In this document: in pieces, positions 1 to 12,930 of the stretch
Position numbering within the stretch: position 1 is the first letter of the stretch
How the letters are laid out: each line of letters starts with the position of its first letter
NCBI GenBank assembly: GCA_964016885.1
Contig: OZ024742.1
Coordinates: 24,490,001 to 24,554,000 of the forward strand
DNA length: 64,000 nt
DNA from: Eledone cirrhosa
Taxonomy: Eukaryota
Direction of reading: 5' to 3'
Notes under the pieces: model-generated
Databases searched by the model: none
Seen by the model: only the letters and a program-made list of their open reading frames with translations
What the model was told of the DNA's origin: nothing
Program-made: the position numbers and the translations under genes

Positions 1-2569
1 CTGTTGCTGTAAGGCTGAAGGTATGAGATGACTGCTGTGGATTGTGGCTTGTTGTTGTGAGGCTGAAGGTATGAGATGACTGCTGTGGATTGTGGCTTGT
101 TGTTGTGAGGCTGAAGGTATGAGATGACTGCTGTGGATTGTGGCTTGTTGTTGTGAGGCTGAAGGTATGAGATGACTGCTGTGGATTGTGGCTTGTTGTT
201 GTGAGGCTGAAGGTATGAGATGACTGCTGTGGATTGTGGCCTGTTGCTGTAAGGCTGAAGGTATGAGATGACTGCTGTGGATTGTGGCTTGTTGTTGTGA
301 GGCTGAAGGTATGAGATGACTGCTGTGGATTGTGGCTTGTTGTTGTGAGGCTGAAGGTATGAGATGACTGCTGTGGATTGTGGCTTGCTGTTGTGAGGCT
401 GAAGGTATGAGATGACTGCTGTGGATTGTGGCTTGTTGTCGTGAGGCTGAAGGTATGAGATGACTGCTGTGGATTGTGGCCTGTTGCTGTAAGGATGAAG
501 GTATGAGATGACTGCTGTGGATTGTGGCCTGCTGCTGTAAGGCTGAAGGTATAAGATGACTGCTGTGGATTGTGGCCTGCTGCTGTAAGGCTGAAGGTAT
601 GAGATGACTGCTGTGGATTGTGGCTTGTTGTTGTGAGGCTGAAGTTATGAGATGACTGCTGTGGATTGTGGCCTGCTGCTGTAAGGCTGAAGGTATGAGA
701 TGACTGCTGTGGATTGTGGCCTGCTGCTGTAAGGCTGAAGGTATGAGATGACTGCTGTGAATTGTGGCCTGCTGCTGTAAGGCTGAAGGTATGAGATGAC
801 TGCTGTAGATTGTGGCCTGCTGCTGTAAGGCTGAAATATGAGATGACTACTGTGGATTGTGGCTTGTTGTTGTGAGGCTGAAGGTATGAGATGACTGCTG
901 TGGATTGTGGATTGTTGTTGTGAGGCTTAAGGTATGACATGACTGCTGTGGATTGTGGCCTGCTGCTGTAAGGCTGAAGGTATGAGATGACTGCTGTGGA
1001 TTGTGGCTTATTGTTGTGAGGCTGAAGGTATGAGATGACTGCTGTGGATTGTGGCTTGTTGTTGTGAGGCTGAAGGTATGAGATGACTGCTGTGGATTGT
1101 GGCTTGTTGTTGTGAGGCTGAAGGTATGAGATGACTGCTGTGGATTGTGGCTTGTTGTTGTGAGGCTGAAGGTATGAGATGACTGCTGTGGATTGTGGCT
1201 TGTTGTTGTGAGGCTGAAGGTATGAGATGACTGCTGTGGATTGTGGCCTGTTGCTGTAAGGCTGAAGGTATGAGATAACTGCTGTGGATTGTGGCCTGCT
1301 GCTGTAAGGCTGAAGGTATGAGATGACTGCTGTGGATTGTGGCCTGCTGCTGTAAGGCTGAAGGTATGAGATGACTGCTGTGTATTGTGGCCTGCTGCTG
1401 TAAGGCTGAAGGTATGAGATGACTGCTGTAGATTGTGGCCTGCTGTTGCAAGGCTGAAATATGAGATGACTACTGTGGATTGTGGCTTGTTGTTGTGAGG
1501 CTGAAGGTATGAGATGACTGCTGTGGATTGTGGCCTGCTGCTGTAAGGCTGAAGGTATGAGATGACTGCTGTGGATTGTGGCCTGTTGCTGTAAGGCTGA
1601 AGGTATGAGATGACTGCTGTGGATTGTGGCTTGTTGTTGTGAGGCTGAAGGTATGAGATGACTGCTGTGGATTGTGGCTTGTTGTTGTGAGGCTGAAGGT
1701 ATGAGATGACTGCTGTGGATTGTAGCTTGTTGTTGTGAGGCTGAAGGTATGAGATGACTGCTGTGGATTGTGGCTTGTTGTTGTGAGGCTGAAGGTATGA
1801 GATGACTGCTGTGGATTGTGGCCTGTTGCTGTAAGGCTGAAGGTATGAGATGACTGCTGTGGATTGTGGCTTGTTGTTGTGAGGCTGAAGGTATGAGATG
1901 ACTGCTGTGGATTGTGGCTTGTTGTGAGGCTGAAGGTATGAGATGACTGCTGTGGATTGTGGCTTGTTGTTGTGAGGCTGAAGGTATGAGATGACTGCTG
2001 TGGATTGTGGCCTGCTGCTGCAAGGCTGAAATATGAGATGACTACTGTGGATTGTGGCTTGTTGTTGTGAGGCTGAAGGTATGAGATGACTGCTGTGGAT
2101 TGTGGCCTGCTGCTGTAAGGCTGAAGGTATGAGATGACTGCTGTGGATTGTGGCCTGTTGCTGTAAGGCTGAAGGTATGAGATGACTGCTGTGGATTGTG
2201 GCCTGTTGCTGTAAGGCTGAAGGTATGAGATGACTGCTGTGGATTGTGGCTTGTTGTTGTGAGGCTGAAGGTATGAGATGACTGCTGTGGATTGTGGCTT
2301 GTTGTTGTGAGGCTGAAGGTATGAGATGACTGCTGTGGATTGTGGCTTGTTGTTGTGAGGCTGAAGGTATGAGATGACTGCTGTGGATTGTGGCTTGTTG
2401 TTGTGAGGCTGAAGGTATGAGATGACTGCTGTGGATTGTGGCCTGTTGCTGTAAGGCTGAAGGTATGAGATGACTGCTGTGGATTGTGGCTTGTTGTTGT
2501 GAGGCTGAAGGTATGAGATGACTGCTGTGGATTGTGGCTTGTTGTGAGGCTGAAGGTATGAGATGACTG

Positions 2570-5500
2570 CTGTGGATTGTGGCTTGTTGTTGTGAGGCTG
2601 AAGGTATGAGATGACTGCTGTGGATTGTGGCTTGTTGTTGTGAGGCTGAAGGTATGAGATGACTGCTGTGGATTGTGGCCTGTTGCTGTAAGGCTGAAGG
2701 TATGAGATGACTGCTGTGGATTGTGGCCTGCTGCTGTAAGGCTGAAGGTATGAGATGACTGCTGTGGATCGTGGCCTGCTGCTGTAAGGCTGAAGGTATG
2801 AGATGACTGCTGTGGTTTGTGGCTTGTTGTTGTGAGGCTGAAGTTATGAGATGACTGCTGTGGATTGTGGCCTGCTGCTGTAAGGCTGAAGGTATGAGAT
2901 GACTGCTGTGGATTGTGGCCTGCTGCTGTAAGGCTGAAGGTATGAGATGACTGCTGTGGATTGTGGCCTGCTGCTGTAAGGCTGAAGGTATGAGATGACT
3001 GCTGTAGATTGTGGCCTGCTGCTGTAAGGCTGAAATATGAGATGACTACTGTGGATTGTGGCTTGTTGTTGTGAGGCTGAAGGTATGAGATGACTGCTGT
3101 GGATTGTGGCCTGCTGCTGTAAGGCTGAAGGTATGAGATGACTGCTGTGGATTGTGGCCTGTTGCTGTAAGGCTGAAGGTATGAGATGACTGCTGTGGAT
3201 TGTGGCCTGTTGCTGTAAGGCTGAAGGTATGAGATGACTGCTGTGGATTGTGGCTTGTTGTTGTGAGGCTGAAGGTATGAGATGACTGTTGTGGATTGTG
3301 GCCTGTTGCTGTAAGACTGAAGGTATGAGATGACTGCTGTGGATTGTGGCTTGTTGTTGTGAGGCTGAAGGTATGAGATGACTGCTGTGGATTGTGGCTT
3401 GTTGTTGTGAGGCTAAAGGTATGAGATGACTGCTGTGGATTGTGGCCTGCTGCTGTAAGACTGAAGTTATGAGATGACTGCGGTGGATTGTGGCCTGCTG
3501 CTGTAAGGCTGAAGGTATGAGATGACTGCTGTGGATTGTGGCTTGTTGTTGTGAGGCTGAAGGTATGAGATGACTGCTGTGGATTGTGGATTGTTGTTGT
3601 GAGGCTTAAGGTATGACATGACTGCTGTGGATTGTGGCCTGCTGCTGTAAGGCTGAAGGTATGAGATGACTGCTGTGGATTGTGGCTTGTTGTTGTGAGG
3701 CTGAAGGTATGAGATGACTGCTGTGGATTGTGGCTTGTTGTTGTGAGGCTGAAGGTATGAGATGACTGCTGTGGATTGTGGCTTGTTGTTGTGAGGCCGA
3801 AGTTATGAGATGACTGCTGTGGATTGTGGCCTGCTGCTGTAAGGCTGAAGGTATGAGATGACTGCTGTGGATTGTGGCCTGCTGCTGTAAGGCTGAAGGT
3901 ATGAGATGACTGCTGTGGATTGTGGCCTGCTGCTGTAAGGCTGAAGTTATGAGATGACTGCTGTGGATTGTGGCCTGTTGCTGTAAGGCTGAAGGTATGA
4001 GATGACTGCTGTGGATTGTGGCCTGCTGCTGTAAGGCTTAAGGTATGAGATGACTGCTGTGGATTGTGGCTTGTTGTTGTGAGGCTGAAGGTATGAGATG
4101 ACTGATGTGGATTGTGGCTTGTTGTTGTGAGGCTGAAGGTACGAGATGACTGCTGTGGATTGTGGCTTGTTGTTGTGAGGCTGAAGGTATGAGATGACTG
4201 CTGTGGATTGTGGTCTTTTGCTGTAAGGCTGAAGGTCTGAGATGACTGCTGTGGATTGTGGCCTGCTGCTGTAAGGCTGAAAGTATGAGATGACTGTTGT
4301 GGATTGTGGCCTGCTGCTGTAAGGCTGAAGGTATGAGATGACTGCTGTGAATCGTGGCCTGCTGCTGTAAGGCTGAAGGTATGAGATGACTGCTGTAGAT
4401 TGTGGCCTGCTGCTGTAAGGCTGAAATATGAGATGACTACTGTGGATTGTGGCTTGTTGTTGTGAGGCTGAAGGTATGAGATGACTGCTGTGGATTGTGG
4501 CCTGCTGCTGTAAGGCTGAAGTTATGAGATGACTGCTGTGGATTGTGGCCTGTTGCTGTAAGGCTGAAGGTATGAGATGACTGCTGTGGATTGTGGCCTG
4601 TTGCTGTAAGGCTGAAGGTATGAGATGACTGCTGTGGATTGTGGCTTGTTGTTGTGAGGCTGAAGGTATGAGATGACTGCTGTGGATTGTGGCTTGTTGT
4701 TGTGAGGCTGAAGGTATGAGATGACTGCTGTGGATTGTGGCTTGTTGTTGTGAGGCTGAAGGTATGAGATGACTGCTGTGGATTGTGGCTTGTTGTTGTG
4801 AGGCTGAAGGTATGAGATGACTGCTGTGGATTGTGGCCTGTTGCTGTAAGGCTGAAGGTATGAGATGACTGCTGTGGATTGTGGCTTGTTGTTGTGAGGC
4901 TGAAGGTATGAGATGACTGCTGTGGATTGTGCCTTGTTGTTGTGAGGCTGAAGGTATGAGATGACTGCTGTGGATTGTGGCTTGCTGTTGTGAGGCTGAA
5001 GGTATGAGATGACTGCTGTGGATTGTGGCTTGTTGTTGTGAGGCTGAAGGTATGAGATGACTGCTGTGGATTGTGGCCTGTTGCTGTAAGGCTGAAGGTA
5101 TGAGATGACTGCTGTGGATTGTGGCCTGCTGCTGTAAGGCTGAAGGTATGAGATGACTGCTGTGGATTGTGGCCTGCTGCTGTAAGGCTGAAGGTATGAG
5201 ATGACTGCTGTGGATTGTGGCTTGTTGTTGTGAGGCTGAAGTTATGAGATGACTGCTGTGGATTGTGGCCTGCTGCTGTAAGGCTGAAGGTATGAGATGA
5301 CTGCTGTGGATTGTGGCCTGCTGCTGTAAGGCTGAAGGTATGAGATGACTGCTGTGAATTGTGGCCTGCTGCTGTAAGGCTGAAGGTATGAGATGACTGC
5401 TGTAGATTGTGGCCTGCTGCTGTAAGGCTGAAATATGAGATGACTACTGTGGATTGTGGCTTGTTGTTGTGAGGCTGAAGGTATGAGATGACTGCTGTGG

Positions 5501-8500
5501 ATTGTGGCCTGCTGCTGTAAGGCTGAAGGTATGAGATGACTGCTGTGGATTGTGGCCTGTTGCTGTAAGGCTGAAGGTATGAGATGACTGATGTGAATTG
5601 TGGCCTGTTGCTGTAAGGCTGAAGGTATGAGATGACTGCTGTGGATTGTGGCTTGTTGTTGTGAGGCTGAAGGTATGAGATGACTGCTGTGGATTGTGGC
5701 TTGTTGTTGTGAGGCTGAAGGTATGAGATGACTGCTGTGGATTGTGGCCTGTTGCTGTAAGACTGAAGGTATGAGATGACTGCTGTGGATTGTGGCTTGT
5801 TGTTGTGAGGCTGAAGGTATGAGATGACTGCTGTGGATTGTGGCTTGTTGTTGTGAGGCTAAAGGTATGAGATGACTGCTGTGGATTGTGGCCTGCTGCT
5901 GTAAGGCTGAAGTTATGAGATGACTGCGGTGGATTGTGGCCTGCTGCTGTAAGGCTGAAGGTATGAGATGACTGCTGTGGATTGTGGCTTGTTGTTGTGA
6001 GGCTGAAGGTATGAGATGACTGCTGTGGATTGTGGATTGTTGTTGTGAGGCTTAAGGTATGACATGACTGCTGTGGATTGTGGCCTGCTGCTGTAAGGCT
6101 GAAGGTATGAGATGACTGCTGTGGATTGTGGCTTGTTGTTGTGAGGCTGAAGGTATGAGATGACTGCTGTGGATTGTGGCTTGTTGTTGTGAGGCTGAAG
6201 GTATGAGATGACTGCTGTGGATTGTGGCTTGTTGTTGTGAGGCTGAAGGTATGAGATGACTGCTGTGGATTGTGGCTTGTTGTTGTGAGGCTGAAGGTAT
6301 GAGATGACTGCTGTGGATTGTGGCCAGTTGCTGTAAGGCTGAAGGTATGAGATGACTGCTGTGGATTGTGGCCTGCTGCTGTAAGGCTGAAGGTATGAGA
6401 TGACTGCTGTGGATTGTGGCCTGCTGCTGTAAGGCTGAAGGTATGAGATGACTGCTGTGGATTGTGGCTTGTTGTTGTGAGGCTGAAGTTATGAGATGAC
6501 TGCTGTGGATTGTGGCCTGCTGCTGTAAGGCTGAAGGTATGAGATGACTGCTGTAGATTGTGGCCTGCTGCTGTAAGGCTGAAGGTATGAGATGACTGCT
6601 GTGGATTGTGGCCTGCTGCTGTAAGGCTGAAGGTATGAGATGACTGCTGTGTATTGTGGCCTGCTGCTGTAAGGCTGAAGGTATGAGATGACTGCTGTAG
6701 ATTGTGGCCTGCTGTTGCAAGGCTGAAATATGAGATGACTACTGTGGATTGTGGCTTGTTGTTGTGAGGCTGAAGGTATGAGATGACTGCTGTGGATTGT
6801 GGATTGTTGTTGTGAGGCTTAAGGTATGACATGACTGCTGTGGATTGTGGCCTGCTGCTGTAAGGCTGAAGGTATGAGATGACTGCTATGGATTGTGGCT
6901 TGTTGTTGTGAGGCTGAAGGTATGAGATGACTGCTGTGGATTGTGGCTTGTTGTTGTGAGGCTGAAGGTATGAGATGACTGCTGTGGATTGTGGCTTGTT
7001 GTTGTGAGGCTGAAGGTATGAGATGACTGCTGTGGATTGTGGCTTGTTGTTGTGAGGCTGAAGGTATGAGATGACTGCTGTGGATTGTGGCCAGTTGCTG
7101 TAAGGCTGAAGGTATGAGATGACTGCTGTGGATTGTGGCCTGCTGCTGTAAGGCTGAAGGTATGAGATGACTGCTGTGGATTGTGGCCTGCTGCTGTAAG
7201 GCTGAAGGTATGAGATGACTGCTGTGGATTGTGGCTTGTTGTTGTGAGGCTGAAGTTATGAGATGACTGCTGTGGATTGTGGCCTGCTGCTGTAAGGCTG
7301 AAGGTATGAGATGACTGCTGTAGATTGTGGCCTGCTGCTGTAAGGCTGAAGGTATGAGATGACTGCTGTGGATTGTGGCCTGCTGCTGTAAGGCTGAAGG
7401 TATGAGATGACTGCTGTGTATTGTGGCCTGCTGCTGTAAGGCTGAAGGTATGAGATGACTGCTGTAGATTGTGGCCTGCTGTTGCAAGGCTGAAATATGA
7501 GATGACTACTGTGGATTGTGGCTTGTTGTTGTGAGGCTGAAGGTATGAGATGACTGCTGTGGATTGTGGCCTGCTGCTGTAAGGCTGAAGGTATGAGATG
7601 ACTGCTGTGGATTGTGGCCTGTTGCTGTAAGGCTGAAGGTATGAGATGACTGCTGTGGATTGTGGCTTGTTGTTGTGAGGCTGAAGGTATGAGATGACTG
7701 CTGTGGATTGTGGCTTGTTGTTGTGAGGCTGAAGGTATGAGATGACTGCTGTGGATTGTGGCTTGTTGTTGTGAGGCTGAAGGTATGAGATGACTGCTGT
7801 GGATTGTGGCTTGTTGTTGTGAGGCTGAAGGTATGAGATGACTGCTGTGGATTGTGGCCTGTTGCTGTAAGGCTGAAGGTATGAGATGACTGCTGTGGAT
7901 TGTGGCCTGCTGCTGTAAGGCTGAAGGTATGAGATGACTGCTGTGGATCGTGGCCTGCTGCTGTAAGGCTGAAGGTATGAGATGACTGCTGTGGTTTGTG
8001 GCTTGTTGTTGTGAGGCTGAAGTTATGAGATGACTGCTGTGGATTGTGGCCTGCTGCTGTAAGGCTGAAGGTATGAGATGACTGCTGTGGATTGTGGCCT
8101 GCTGCTGTAAGGCTGAAGGTATGAGATGACTGCTGTGGATTGTGGCCTGCTGCTGTAAGGCTGAAGGTATGAGATGACTGCTGTAGATTGTGGCCTGCTG
8201 CTGTAAGGCTGAAATATGAGATGACTACTGTGGATTGTGGCTTGTTGTTGTGAGGCTGAAGGTATGAGATGACTGCTGTGGATTGTGGCCTGCTGCTGTA
8301 AGGCTGAAGGTATGAGATGACTGCTGTGGATTGTGGCCTGTTGCTGTAAGGCTGAAGGTATGAGATGACTGCTGTGGATTGTGGCCTGTTGCTGTAAGGC
8401 TGAAGGTATGAGATGACTGCTGTGGATTGTGGCTTGTTGTTGTGAGGCTGAAGGTATGAGATGACTGTTGTGGATTGTGGCCTGTTGCTGTAAGACTGAA

Positions 8501-11500
8501 GGTATGAGATGACTGCTGTGGATTGTGGCTTGTTGTTGTGAGGCTGAAGGTATGAGATGACTGCTGTGGATTGTGGCTTGTTGTTGTGAGGCTAAAGGTA
8601 TGAGATGACTGCTGTGGATTGTGGCCTGCTGCTGTAAGACTGAAGTTATGAGATGACTGCGGTGGATTGTGGCCTGCTGCTGTAAGGCTGAAGGTATGAG
8701 ATGACTGCTGTGGATTGTGGCTTGTTGTTGTGAGGCTGAAGGTATGAGATGACTGCTGTGGATTGTGGATTGTTGTTGTGAGGCTTAAGGTATGACATGA
8801 CTGCTGTGGATTGTGGCCTGCTGCTGTAAGGCTGAAGGTATGAGATGACTGCTGTGGATTGTGGCTTGTTGTTGTGAGGCTGAAGGTATGAGATGACTGC
8901 TGTGGATTGTGGCTTGTTGTTGTGAGGCTGAAGGTATGAGATGACTGCTGTGGATTGTGGCTTGTTGTTGTGAGGCCGAAGTTATGAGATGACTGCTGTG
9001 GATTGTGGCCTGCTGCTGTAAGGCTGAAGGTATGAGATGACTGCTGTGGATTGTGGCCTGCTGCTGTAAGGCTGAAGGTATGAGATGACTGCTGTGGATT
9101 GTGGCCTGCTGCTGTAAGGCTGAAGTTATGAGATGACTGCTGTGGATTGTGGCCTGTTGCTGTAAGGCTGAAGGTATGAGATGACTGCTGTGGATTGTGG
9201 CCTGCTGCTGTAAGGCTTAAGGTATGAGATGACTGCTGTGGATTGTGGCTTGTTGTTGTGAGGCTGAAGGTATGAGATGACTGATGTGGATTGTGGCTTG
9301 TTGTTGTGAGGCTGAAGGTACGAGATGACTGCTGTGGATTGTGGCTTGTTGTTGTGAGGCTGAAGGTATGAGATGACTGCTGTGGATTGTGGTCTTTTGC
9401 TGTAAGGCTGAAGGTCTGAGATGACTGCTGTGGATTGTGGCCTGCTGCTGTAAGGCTGAAAGTATGAGATGACTGTTGTGGATTGTGGCCTGCTGCTGTA
9501 AGGCTGAAGGTATGAGATGACTGCTGTGAATCGTGGCCTGCTGCTGTAAGGCTGAAGGTATGAGATGACTGCTGTAGATTGTGGCCTGCTGCTGTAAGGC
9601 TGAAATATGAGATGACTACTGTGGATTGTGGCTTGTTGTTGTGAGGCTGAAGGTATGAGATGACTGCTGTGGATTGTGGCCTGCTGCTGTAAGGCTGAAG
9701 TTATGAGATGACTGCTGTGGATTGTGGCCTGTTGCTGTAAGGCTGAAGGTATGAGATGACTGCTGTGGATTGTGGCCTGTTGCTGTAAGGCTGAAGGTAT
9801 GAGATGACTGCTGTGGATTGTGGCTTGTTGTTGTGAGGCTGAAGGTATGAGATGACTGCTGTGGATTGTGGCTTGTTGTTGTGAGGCTGAAGGTATGAGA
9901 TGACTGCTGTGGATTGTGGCTTGTTGTTGTGAGGCTGAAGGTATGAGATGACTGCTGTGGATTGTGGCTTGTTGTTGTGAGGCTGAAGGTATGAGATGAC
10001 TGCTGTGGATTGTGGCCTGTTGCTGTAAGGCTGAAGGTATGAGATGACTGCTGTGGATTGTGGCTTGTTGTTGTGAGGCTGAAGGTATGAGATGACTGCT
10101 GTGGATTGTGCCTTGTTGTTGTGAGGCTGAAGGTATGAGATGACTGCTGTGGATTGTGGCTTGCTGTTGTGAGGCTGAAGGTATGAGATGACTGCTGTGG
10201 ATTGTGGCTTGTTGTTGTGAGGCTGAAGGTATGAGATGACTGCTGTGGATTGTGGCCTGTTGCTGTAAGGCTGAAGGTATGAGATGACTGCTGTGGATTG
10301 TGGCCTGCTGCTGTAAGGCTGAAGGTATGAGATGACTGCTGTGGATTGTGGCCTGCTGCTGTAAGGCTGAAGGTATGAGATGACTGCTGTGGATTGTGGC
10401 TTGTTGTTGTGAGGCTGAAGTTATGAGATGACTGCTGTGGATTGTGGCCTGCTGCTGTAAGGCTGAAGGTATGAGATGACTGCTGTGGATTGTGGCCTGC
10501 TGCTGTAAGGCTGAAGGTATGAGATGACTGCTGTGAATTGTGGCCTGCTGCTGTAAGGCTGAAGGTATGAGATGACTGCTGTAGATTGTGGCCTGCTGCT
10601 GTAAGGCTGAAATATGAGATGACTACTGTGGATTGTGGCTTGTTGTTGTGAGGCTGAAGGTATGAGATGACTGCTGTGGATTGTGGCCTGCTGCTGTAAG
10701 GCTGAAGGTATGAGATGACTGCTGTGGATTGTGGCCTGTTGCTGTAAGGCTGAAGGTATGAGATGACTGATGTGAATTGTGGCCTGTTGCTGTAAGGCTG
10801 AAGGTATGAGATGACTGCTGTGGATTGTGGCTTGTTGTTGTGAGGCTGAAGGTATGAGATGACTGCTGTGGATTGTGGCTTGTTGTTGTGAGGCTGAAGG
10901 TATGAGATGACTGCTGTGGATTGTGGCCTGTTGCTGTAAGACTGAAGGTATGAGATGACTGCTGTGGATTGTGGCTTGTTGTTGTGAGGCTGAAGGTATG
11001 AGATGACTGCTGTGGATTGTGGCTTGTTGTTGTGAGGCTAAAGGTATGAGATGACTGCTGTGGATTGTGGCCTGCTGCTGTAAGGCTGAAGTTATGAGAT
11101 GACTGCGGTGGATTGTGGCCTGCTGCTGTAAGGCTGAAGGTATGAGATGACTGCTGTGGATTGTGGCTTGTTGTTGTGAGGCTGAAGGTATGAGATGACT
11201 GCTGTGGATTGTGGATTGTTGTTGTGAGGCTTAAGGTATGACATGACTGCTGTGGATTGTGGCCTGCTGCTGTAAGGCTGAAGGTATGAGATGACTGCTG
11301 TGGATTGTGGCTTGTTGTTGTGAGGCTGAAGGTATGAGATGACTGCTGTGGATTGTGGCTTGTTGTTGTGAGGCTGAAGGTATGAGATGACTGCTGTGGA
11401 TTGTGGCTTGTTGTTGTGAGGCTGAAGGTATGAGATGACTGCTGTGGATTGTGGCTTGTTGTTGTGAGGCTGAAGGTATGAGATGACTGCTGTGGATTGT

Positions 11501-12930
11501 GGCCAGTTGCTGTAAGGCTGAAGGTATGAGATGACTGCTGTGGATTGTGGCCTGCTGCTGTAAGGCTGAAGGTATGAGATGACTGCTGTGGATTGTGGCC
11601 TGCTGCTGTAAGGCTGAAGGTATGAGATGACTGCTGTGGATTGTGGCTTGTTGTTGTGAGGCTGAAGTTATGAGATGACTGCTGTGGATTGTGGCCTGCT
11701 GCTGTAAGGCTGAAGGTATGAGATGACTGCTGTAGATTGTGGCCTGCTGCTGTAAGGCTGAAGGTATGAGATGACTGCTGTGGATTGTGGCCTGCTGCTG
11801 TAAGGCTGAAGGTATGAGATGACTGCTGTGTATTGTGGCCTGCTGCTGTAAGGCTGAAGGTATGAGATGACTGCTGTAGATTGTGGCCTGCTGTTGCAAG
11901 GCTGAAATATGAGATGACTACTGTGGATTGTGGCTTGTTGTTGTGAGGCTGAAGGTATGAGATGACTGCTGTGGATTGTGGATTGTTGTTGTGAGGCTTA
12001 AGGTATGACATGACTGCTGTGGATTGTGGCCTGCTGCTGTAAGGCTGAAGGTATGAGATGACTGCTATGGATTGTGGCTTGTTGTTGTGAGGCTGAAGGT
12101 ATGAGATGACTGCTGTGGATTGTGGCTTGTTGTTGTGAGGCTGAAGGTATGAGATGACTGCTGTGGATTGTGGCTTGTTGTTGTGAGGCTGAAGGTATGA
12201 GATGACTGCTGTGGATTGTGGCTTGTTGTTGTGAGGCTGAAGGTATGAGATGACTGCTGTGGATTGTGGCCAGTTGCTGTAAGGCTGAAGGTATGAGATG
12301 ACTGCTGTGGATTGTGGCCTGCTGCTGTAAGGCTGAAGGTATGAGATGACTGCTGTGGATTGTGGCCTGCTGCTGTAAGGCTGAAGGTATGAGATGACTG
12401 CTGTGGATTGTGGCTTGTTGTTGTGAGGCTGAAGTTATGAGATGACTGCTGTGGATTGTGGCCTGCTGCTGTAAGGCTGAAGGTATGAGATGACTGCTGT
12501 AGATTGTGGCCTGCTGCTGTAAGGCTGAAGGTATGAGATGACTGCTGTGGATTGTGGCCTGCTGCTGTAAGGCTGAAGGTATGAGATGACTGCTGTGTAT
12601 TGTGGCCTGCTGCTGTAAGGCTGAAGGTATGAGATGACTGCTGTAGATTGTGGCCTGCTGTTGCAAGGCTGAAATATGAGATGACTACTGTGGATTGTGG
12701 CTTGTTGTTGTGAGGCTGAAGGTATGAGATGACTGCTGTGGATTGTGGCCTGCTGCTGTAAGGCTGAAGGTATGAGATGACTGCTGTGGATTGTGGCCTG
12801 TTGCTGTAAGGCTGAAGGTATGAGATGACTGCTGTGGATTGTGGCTTGTTGTTGTGAGGCTGAAGGTATGAGATGACTGCTGTGGATTGTGGCTTGTTGT
12901 TGTGAGGCTGAAGGTATGAGATGACTGCTG
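2570..12930. repeat. Tandem duplication of a 5179-bp block (108 monomers, five of them 47 bp)
   Basis: Constant 5179 offset: ORF ends 5444/10623, 6052/11231, 6819/11998; private SNP ggTcttttg at 4214/9393; gatcgtgg at ~2767/~7946. 108x48-5=5179 matches the five 47-bp monomers counted (~3031, 4421, 5428, 6723, 7490). Boundaries are approximate. Confidence 0.9.
6052..7560. repeat. 767-bp (16-monomer) higher-order repeat, about two tandem copies; same pair near 11231, 16739 and 25410 (first copy one monomer short)
   Basis: The marker ggcttaaggtatgacatg recurs at 6052/6819, 11231/11998 and 16739/17506 (offset 767 = 16x48-1), and at 25410/26129 (offset 719). Confidence 0.9.

Noticed and set aside
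1-144. Nucleosome phasing via 3x48=144 bp
   Set aside because: This is a numerical coincidence only; no trimer periodicity in cassette order and no phased A/T tracts are visible.
6052-6720. C2H2 zinc-finger array (SSHLI resembles a recognition helix)
   Set aside because: The period is 16 aa and not 28, with no CxxC, no HxxxH pair and no TGEKP linker.
5444-6832. Ice-nucleation protein (InaZ-type 16-aa repeat containing SLTA)
   Set aside because: The 16-aa period and SLTA(A)G resemble it superficially, but the GYGS and TxT motifs and the unique terminal domains are missing. This frame is also repeatedly broken by TAG and frameshifts.
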